A DNA stretch of 64,000 nt from the IMG/VR virus record IMGVR_UViG_2630968627_000001, positions 36,501 to 100,500 of that record; one strand, 5' to 3'. The notes under the pieces are model-generated. The model did no database searches, was not told the origin of the DNA, and worked only from the letters and a program-made list of their open reading frames with translations. The first letter of the stretch is position 1. Each line of letters opens with the position of its first letter. The position numbers and the translations under genes were made by a program. This document shows positions 58,314-64,000 of this stretch, one piece after another. This DNA is from a virus. Lineage: Duplodnaviria; Caudoviricetes.

Positions 58314-58665
58314 TTTCGTGCTCCGGTTCGGTTGGTGAGAACATGCGCTCATGGTACTCGGAGAATTCCGATGGCATGGCGAACACCTTCTCGCGGTCGG
58401 CTGGCAGTCGCAGGATACTGGGATCTCGTGGCGACTTGCATACGTTGGCCCGGTAGATAGCTAGGCCCGCGCATTGTGCTCCGCGAAGGGTGTGGCAAGG
58501 GATCTTAGCCTCGCCATGCGCCCGTTGGATCCATTCCTGTACCGATACCCCTCCCAGCCATCCATTGAGTGCTGTGCGGGCCCAGGGGCAGTCAGAGCAA
58601 GGCTTTGTATGCTGCACCTTGGCCTGTACTGCCTCGTCGGCTGATACTAGTCTGCGCCCCGCCAT
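58300..58665 (-). CDS. Cys-rich protein (DUF6283-like)
   Basis: KPCSDCPW...PCH...QCAG...VF..F..YH. Confidence 0.7.
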   Translation of the reverse strand: MAGRRLVSADEAVQAKVQHTKPCSDCPWARTALNGWLGGVSVQEWIQRAHGEAKIPCHTLRGAQCAGLAIYRANVCKSPRDPSILRLPADREKVFAMPSEFSEYHERMFSPTEPEHENEDT

Positions 58666-58667
58666 GA

Positions 58668-59342
58668 TTAGTATTCGTGGATGGTGGGGTTGGGATCCGG
58701 CTCCCCGCGATCCACTACCAGCGTGTCCTGCGGAACATGTGTCTGGACGTCGTAGATGCCGTCATCCAGGTCGGCATTGTATCGCCAGGTAAGCAGGATA
58801 TGACACACTACCTTGTCCTTTACCGCTACCGACAGCGTGGTGCCGAACCCGTCCCGACCCCGGCGCAGATCTAGCATGGTTACGTCAGTGGTGCCGACGA
58901 ACTCTCCCAAGCCCAGGGCATCCAGTGTCTCCACCGCCCGCTTCTTCGCAGTCTCCAGGACCACGGGAGGAAGGGATGGGTGGTGGTCCGTGTCATGGGT
59001 AGAGCGGTACACGATGTCTGACACGACCGCTAATGTGACGACAGCAACGACGCGAAAGCCGCAACGTACGACAGCTACTACGCGGGTAGCCCCGGCTATG
59101 GTCAGGGCGTAATTCTCCATCTCCGTGACCTTATCCGGGTCCGGGTAATCTTCAGCCAGCATTCCGCGTACCGTTATGGTGTACATACCGGAGGGGCGTG
59201 GCAAACCGTGGATGGCGCGGGTGCGGTGCATATCGGCAATGGCCTCGGTGATACGGGAGGTGATGTCGGGTGTCATCTGAGGCAACAACTCGTCCGGTAT
59301 CGTCCATGTGTATGCGGGCATGGGTATTTTGTTCGTGCTCAT
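58668..59342 (-). CDS. Paralogue array member 5 (hypothetical)
   Basis: Start reset to ATG 59342; IHGLPRPSGMY; VCHILLTW. Confidence 0.7.
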   Translation of the reverse strand: MSTNKIPMPAYTWTIPDELLPQMTPDITSRITEAIADMHRTRAIHGLPRPSGMYTITVRGMLAEDYPDPDKVTEMENYALTIAGATRVVAVVRCGFRVVAVVTLAVVSDIVYRSTHDTDHHPSLPPVVLETAKKRAVETLDALGLGEFVGTTDVTMLDLRRGRDGFGTTLSVAVKDKVVCHILLTWRYNADLDDGIYDVQTHVPQDTLVVDRGEPDPNPTIHEY

Positions 59343-59977
59343 GTTCGTGGTTCCTTGATGTCGATTATTTCGATGTGGATTATGTAGAGGTTGAGTAGCA
59401 TCGCTTGCCATCCTACTAGTACCTCGAACAAGACCTTGCCGTCACCTACGACCCGGACAATGGCCTTGTGGTAGTGTTTCTTTCGGTGGTAGAAGTCGGA
59501 TCGCTCGGTGGTAGCGGACCAAAGTGCGAGCGGCAGTACCTTGGCTGTCGGCTCTGTTGCTGCGATGCCATTGAGCGCCCGGATCTCTTGCAGCTTGTCC
59601 CTGACTGCCCTGTCCGCCCTGATGGCTACCTTGGGTGGCAGCGTGTCCAGGCCATACTGCATGTCGGTTGTGTCAGAGCGTACGAGCTTGCCGTCATAAT
59701 ACTTGTGCTCTATCCGCAGGACGGCCTTATCGTGGGAATCAAGCAGGAGCAGAGTGCAACCTCCGCGAGTAGACCCCATGCCGTAGTACCAATGCGTGAC
59801 CTTCAAAGTGGCTCGCCCCTCTGGTACTGGAAGACCCAGGGCCTTTCGTGCGTCCAGCTCCCGTCTGACCTCGTACAGAGTGCTCTCGCGGATACCTGGG
59901 GTCAGGTGGTCTTTGGCGTTGGGTACAGCCTTCCATGCAATCGTCAACATAGTGGCACCATGCTGTTGGTTGCTCAT
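59339..59977 (-). CDS. Paralogue array member 4 (hypothetical)
   Basis: ALGLPVPEGR; LFEVLVGW. Confidence 0.7.
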   Translation of the reverse strand: MSNQQHGATMLTIAWKAVPNAKDHLTPGIRESTLYEVRRELDARKALGLPVPEGRATLKVTHWYYGMGSTRGGCTLLLLDSHDKAVLRIEHKYYDGKLVRSDTTDMQYGLDTLPPKVAIRADRAVRDKLQEIRALNGIAATEPTAKVLPLALWSATTERSDFYHRKKHYHKAIVRVVGDGKVLFEVLVGWQAMLLNLYIIHIEIIDIKEPRT

Positions 59978-59978
59978 G

Positions 59979-60743
59979 TTATATGGTTCCTTTCATGGAT
60001 CGTGATTGTGGGGATACTGGGGCTAACGATACGCGCTGGAGCGTGGAACCGCCACCTTTGATTCCGGGGACATTCCACCATACCAGGATATACCCCAGTT
60101 GCATGCCGCCCCGAACGACCGATACCTTGCCCATGTGGCCTGGTTTGTCAGCCCAGATCTTTCGGAAGGTGTACTCCGGCCCCATTGGATCGTCTGGTCC
60201 CGGCTTCCCCAGGTAATCAAAGGCGACGTCAGTGAACGGGTTCACCCCGTTACCCACCTCGTGGTACAGGACATGGCGGTGCGCCTCCCAGTCCTTGACG
60301 ATGCGTCCTACCCCCTCTGGTACTCGGAAGGCAACGGCGTCCGGGAGGATGGCCCGGTAGTCGTTCTTGGGTGCGTGGTACAGGCCGTGCTCGCATCGCC
60401 CCCGGCTACGCGGGTTAAGGGACAGGAGGATGTCCAGTACCGTCTCGCCCGTGGCCTCGTGCTTGACCAGTACCGAGAAGTGACGGCAGGAGAAGTCTCG
60501 CTGGAAAGAAGGGATGATGGCCGTAGGGTGGCGCTTGGCGACAGCCTGTGGGATCTCCTGGCAGTCAACGCGATAACGCCCTCCCAGCGCGGGGAAGCCG
60601 TGGATGCACATGCGGTCGTTGTAGTGGGCTACGTTGTCCATGACCTTCTCGCGCCCGTACCGGCTCAGATCTGCGCAACCTGCACCCCAGACCAGTACGG
60701 TGGGGGCTGGGTTTGCCTGTTGGTGTGCTGTCGTTGCTTGCAT
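59979..60743 (-). CDS. Paralogue array member 3 (hypothetical)
   Basis: WGAGCADL..G..KVM; IHGFPALGGRY.V.C; LGYILVWW. Confidence 0.75.
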   Translation of the reverse strand: MQATTAHQQANPAPTVLVWGAGCADLSRYGREKVMDNVAHYNDRMCIHGFPALGGRYRVDCQEIPQAVAKRHPTAIIPSFQRDFSCRHFSVLVKHEATGETVLDILLSLNPRSRGRCEHGLYHAPKNDYRAILPDAVAFRVPEGVGRIVKDWEAHRHVLYHEVGNGVNPFTDVAFDYLGKPGPDDPMGPEYTFRKIWADKPGHMGKVSVVRGGMQLGYILVWWNVPGIKGGGSTLQRVSLAPVSPQSRSMKGTI

Positions 60744-60744
60744 G

Positions 60745-61494
60745 TCAGTTGTCCTCGGTTACCTTCTTGAGTATTTCGTCAGGGGGCAGATGGGATACCA
60801 GGTGCATGTTGTGACGCAGCTTGCCGTCCCGGTTCCAGCGCAGCAGGACGTACCCCATCTGCTTGCCATTGCTCTGTATGGAGATCTTGCGTACCTCCCC
60901 GCCAATACGTTGCTGGTAGTACAGGAAGTCCGCCTCCCGGCTGTCTACCGGGTAATGCGAAGGGGCCTGTAGTGGACCAGCAGCGACAGAGTAGAACTCC
61001 GGCGCGTATGGGCTACCTGCCGGCAATGGTATGCAGCAGTGCTCCCAAGACTTCTTGATGTCAGCCAGCGCCAGGTCAACCTGGGTCCAAAGCTCGGCAG
61101 GGATGTTACGCCGCCAATCATAAGCGATGACCTCGTACGTGCTGTAAACACATACATCGTCCTCGGCAATGACCAGGGTGCTCTTGAGTAACGTGTTGTC
61201 CGCGTTCCTGATGCTGACAGTAAAGAGGCGGTAACCCTGGTCGTCCGGGAACGCCGGGATCTTTACCTGGGCAAGACGCAGACCCATGTCCAGCGGTGGG
61301 TTCTGGCAGATAACCGTATGTAACCCGGTGATGGTCGGTAGCCCATGCGCCGCCATGGCCTTGCTGTAATGGATGGTGTGGTCCATGAACTTGCCGCGCC
61401 CGCTCGTTGGCAGATCCTTGCAGCTATCGTCCCAGAACAGGGTGAACGAGTTTCCCGTCTCCAGTACCTGCGCGTGTGTCGTGCGTGTGCTCAT
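60745..61494 (-). CDS. Paralogue array member 2 (hypothetical)
   Basis: Start reset to ATG 61494; WDDSCKDL..G..KFM; AHGLPTITG.H.V.C; MGYVLLRW. Confidence 0.75.
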   Translation of the reverse strand: MSTRTTHAQVLETGNSFTLFWDDSCKDLPTSGRGKFMDHTIHYSKAMAAHGLPTITGLHTVICQNPPLDMGLRLAQVKIPAFPDDQGYRLFTVSIRNADNTLLKSTLVIAEDDVCVYSTYEVIAYDWRRNIPAELWTQVDLALADIKKSWEHCCIPLPAGSPYAPEFYSVAAGPLQAPSHYPVDSREADFLYYQQRIGGEVRKISIQSNGKQMGYVLLRWNRDGKLRHNMHLVSHLPPDEILKKVTEDN

Positions 61495-61495
61495 A

Positions 61496-62248
61496 TCAGT
61501 TGCCCTTGGGTTCGGTAGGAGGGAAAGGGAGATTGACGTGTGTGTAGGTAGCGTGTCCGGTGCGCCCGCCGTTTGTCTTACCCCAGAAGACCAGTACGTA
61601 CCCCAGCGATACCGTGCCGTGCTGTACCGTGACCTTGCGCAGGTTCCCTTCCTCGCGTTGGCTCCAGTGCGCCCAAAACTTCCGCTCAGGGCAATCCGGG
61701 TCGTACATCGTGGGTCTGCGCAAGAAATCAATTGCCGTCGTTACCGCGTGCTCGCCGCCAGCCATAGCCGATGTCAGCGGTGCCCAGGCCGCCATGATGC
61801 GATCAATACCTGCTTTGACGCGCTCATGTGCCTCCGGTGGCAGTACAAGCATGACGACGTGGGCAACGTCCTGGTAAGCAGCGAACGTGACCTCCCCGCT
61901 GGCGTCCAGGCCCAGTACGGACAAGAAGACGGTGGATCGCTCAGGGCTGTCCATGCCGGAGATCGTGGCGATGTAGTAGCGATCATCATGGGTACGAGGC
62001 AGGCGGGCCTGGCCTGGGCCAGAGAACATACTCTTGGCTTCCGTGTACCCGCTCTTGCGGCAAGTGACCAGGTAGCGTCCGTGCATTTCCGGGATACCGT
62101 GCAAACGCAAACTGTGGTTGTACTCGGCAATGTGCTGCATGATCTTGTACGCGCCCTTCGGACCCAACTCCTTGCAGCTTTCGCCCCAGTGCAGGGTGAT
62201 GTGGTAGTGGGTATCCAGGGAATGCAAGATAGAAGTGTTTGATGTCAT
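61496..62248 (-). CDS. Paralogue array member 1 (hypothetical)
   Basis: Probable start ATG 62248; WGESCKEL..G..KIM; LHGIPEMHGRY.V.C; LGYVLVFW. Confidence 0.75.
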   Translation of the reverse strand: MTSNTSILHSLDTHYHITLHWGESCKELGPKGAYKIMQHIAEYNHSLRLHGIPEMHGRYLVTCRKSGYTEAKSMFSGPGQARLPRTHDDRYYIATISGMDSPERSTVFLSVLGLDASGEVTFAAYQDVAHVVMLVLPPEAHERVKAGIDRIMAAWAPLTSAMAGGEHAVTTAIDFLRRPTMYDPDCPERKFWAHWSQREEGNLRKVTVQHGTVSLGYVLVFWGKTNGGRTGHATYTHVNLPFPPTEPKGN

Positions 62249-62360
62249 AATTTCGCGCCCCGCAGGGATAAGTGAATTACTAGGGTAGCCATGTACGGCC
62301 ATGAGTAGCTTTAGATACATTGTAGGCGAAGCCGTCGTCATTTTTTCCGGCCACTGTCTC

Positions 62361-62376
62361 GTGCAATCGATTGCAA
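62361..62376. repeat. GTGCAATCGATTGCAA palindromic site (exact, intergenic)
   Basis: Core 62362-62375, abutting the 21-bp repeats. Confidence 0.9.
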
Positions 62377-62380
62377 AGTG

Positions 62381-62464
62381 CTCTGCGTGACAGAATGGTT
62401 GATATGCGTGACAGTTGCCCGTCTCTGCGTGACAGATGCTCCATTATCCGTGACAGAATGGTTG
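62381..62464. repeat. Four direct repeats of CGTGACAG with exact 21-bp period
   Basis: Cores start at 62386, 62407, 62428 and 62449. Confidence 0.9.
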
Positions 62465-62852
62465 TTTTACGAAACACCTGCATGTCTGTCCATGAGAGAG
62501 ATCAGGAGAGAGTCGTACTGTGTTCAGGAGAGAGCCCCGGAGAGAGTCCTGGCCCTTGTCGTTGTATGGTTGGATTGATTCCTGGCCAGAGTGTATTTTC
62601 ATGACGAGGTCTTCTGGGGGAAAAAGAATCTGACTAACCCGAAAAGTCATCTCAAAAACATAAAATAAAATTTCCAAGAATATGACTAACCCGGACAAAA
62701 ACTACATGTGTATTGAAAAGTGCCCACAGCCTTGGCGGTTGACAAAAGCACCGGGTCTATGGTGGATTTTTTTATAGGGGTTCCCTTGCAGGGTTTCCCT
62801 TTGTCTTATCTTGGGGGTGGATAGGCCGCCCGATTTGACGGCCATGCGTGAT

Positions 62853-63267
62853 TTAGTGATCCAGAGTAAAGACGAAGCTAGGGCTATCGCCTACGCAATG
62901 AACGTAATATGCAATGGCTGTATCCGTGCCTTTGGGGATAACTGCGCGTATCTTGTCTTCGGGATCGTCGCCAATACCGCGCCCGATTTGTGTTTCCTTC
63001 AGGATCTCGAACATATCCCAGCTAATCATGGGGCATACGGCATGGTACATGGTATCGTCGTACTTGCCCTGATCGGACGGTGTACCGTGAAGTATGGTAG
63101 ATACTACCGTCAGAATAACATCCGGGCTGATCGCGCCCGTAGCTACTAGCTGGGCTTCCCTTTTGTCTATGGCGAATCCGGCTTTGTGCAGGGCATAGCG
63201 TACCTGCGAGTCATCGTTCAAACCGGGGTTGCGGTAGTCTACGGAAACAAGGGTTTTGATTTTCATT
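62853..63267 (-). CDS. Hypothetical protein
   Basis: Probable start MKIKTL (AAGAGG RBS); start coordinate approximate. Confidence 0.65.
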
Positions 63268-63286
63268 GCATAGCCTCTTAGGTATC

Positions 63287-63302
63287 GTGCAATCGATTGC
63301 AA
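63287..63302. repeat. GTGCAATCGATTGCAA palindromic site (exact, intergenic)
   Basis: Core 63288-63301, between a stop codon and the next RBS. Confidence 0.9.
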
Positions 63303-63304
63303 AA

Positions 63305-63484
63305 TTATTCGGAGTCTTTAGCGAAGCGGTACGCCTCGCAAAGACAGATAATGAGAAGGGACAAACCAGAGCCCGCCATGCGCCATGCTGCGCCGTTTGT
63401 GATCGTGGTAGCGGAATGGATGATCGAATCAGCAAACAAGAGAGCAGCAGCAATCATGAGCATGGCGTATACAGTCTTTCGCAT
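63305..63484 (-). CDS. Small two-TM membrane protein (59 aa)
   Basis: Hand translated: MRKTVYAMLMIAAALLFADSII...GLSLLIICLCEAYRFAKDSE. Confidence 0.55.
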   Translation of the reverse strand: MRKTVYAMLMIAAALLFADSIIHSATTITNGAAWRMAGSGLSLLIICLCEAYRFAKDSE

Positions 63485-63487
63485 GGC

Positions 63488-63598
63488 TTACCCTTGAATA
63501 GCGTTAGCTTTGGCGCGTGCTGCAATCATGGCGTCAAGGTGGCGCATACGCTTGGCGCGGGTGAATCGTTCAATAATGATGTATACGATGCGTTTCAT
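63488..63598 (-). CDS. Small basic protein (36 aa)
   Basis: Hand translated: MKRIVYIIIERFTRAKRMRHLDAMIAARAKANAIQG; GAGG RBS. Confidence 0.5.
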   Translation of the reverse strand: MKRIVYIIIERFTRAKRMRHLDAMIAARAKANAIQG

Positions 63599-63649
63599 GG
63601 TTTGCCTCTTCGGTTTGATTGGCCGCCCGCTAGAGCGGCCTAGGTTGAT

Positions 63650-64000
63650 TTACAGTGCTGCAATCATGGCGGCATTTTTAATCATAGCGCCGTCAGGCTT
63701 GCCCGTAATCAGGATGTCTTGCCATGTTTTAACGGCCTTTTCATCAGGCTGTCGGGCTTGGAAGTGCAATTTGCCGCCGTCAGTCAGAGAGAGCAAACCG
63801 TCTTTGTTTTGCAGGCGGCCTGTCTTAACATGGTATGCAATGGCAGTAGCGCCCGCTACCTTTTCGATCAATGCCTTTTCTACGGCCTTGCCCTTGTCCA
63901 TGCCTGTAAGAGACATCCAAGCGGCTGTAAAGGCTTGCAGGTTAGCTCCCGATACTGGGCGGCCAGTAATCAGAAAATGCTTGATCTTGCTAACTGGCTT
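63650..64000 (-). CDS. Hypothetical protein, start outside the window
   Basis: The frame of the 63650..63916 ORF stays open to the window edge. Confidence 0.6.
   Translation of the reverse strand, partial: KPVSKIKHFLITGRPVSGANLQAFTAAWMSLTGMDKGKAVEKALIEKVAGATAIAYHVKTGRLQNKDGLLSLTDGGKLHFQARQPDEKAVKTWQDILITGKPDGAMIKNAAMIAAL

Noticed and set aside
62381-62464. Mini-CRISPR array
   Set aside because: A 21-bp period with an 8-bp core is too short for repeat plus spacer; no cas genes
62739-62768. Plus-strand promoter from TTGACA at 62739
   Set aside because: No -10 element at 16-18 bp spacing and no credible downstream plus-strand gene
39-63643. Long plus-strand ORFs (e.g. 41768..44263, 25426..27114, 2763..4262)
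   Set aside because: Antisense shadows of well-supported minus-strand genes in high-GC DNA; no recognisable motifs
1-64000. tRNA, integrase or CI-type repressor
   Set aside because: None recognised by eye; lifestyle cannot be determined from this window

Overview
64 kb of a GC-rich, long-tailed (siphovirus-type) dsDNA phage genome. Essentially every credible gene lies on the minus strand; the long plus-strand ORFs are antisense shadows. In transcription order (right to left): small early/accessory genes, a non-coding control region with 21-bp-period repeats (62.3-62.8 kb), a tandem array of five divergent paralogues (58.7-62.2 kb), more accessory genes, a nucleotide-metabolism block (M15-like peptidase, dNMP kinase, dimeric dUTPase), head genes (SNase-like, portal, XkdF-like protease, scaffold, MCP), neck, tail tube, chaperones with a -1 frameshift, tape measure, tail tip and several fibres, a lysis cassette, a Ycf46-type AAA/DUF1257/DUF2997 module, and a full replisome (HTH, O-like initiator, DnaC-like, DnaB, UDG-like-PolA fusion, primase, SSB). 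No terminase, integrase, tRNA or CRISPR was recognised. The strongest unexplained signal is the palindrome TGCAATCGATTGCA: 8 exact copies, all co-oriented as GTGCAATCGATTGCAA, plus 6 one-mismatch copies, spread genome-wide in genes and intergenic gaps. All family assignments come from motif recognition by eye, not from database searches.
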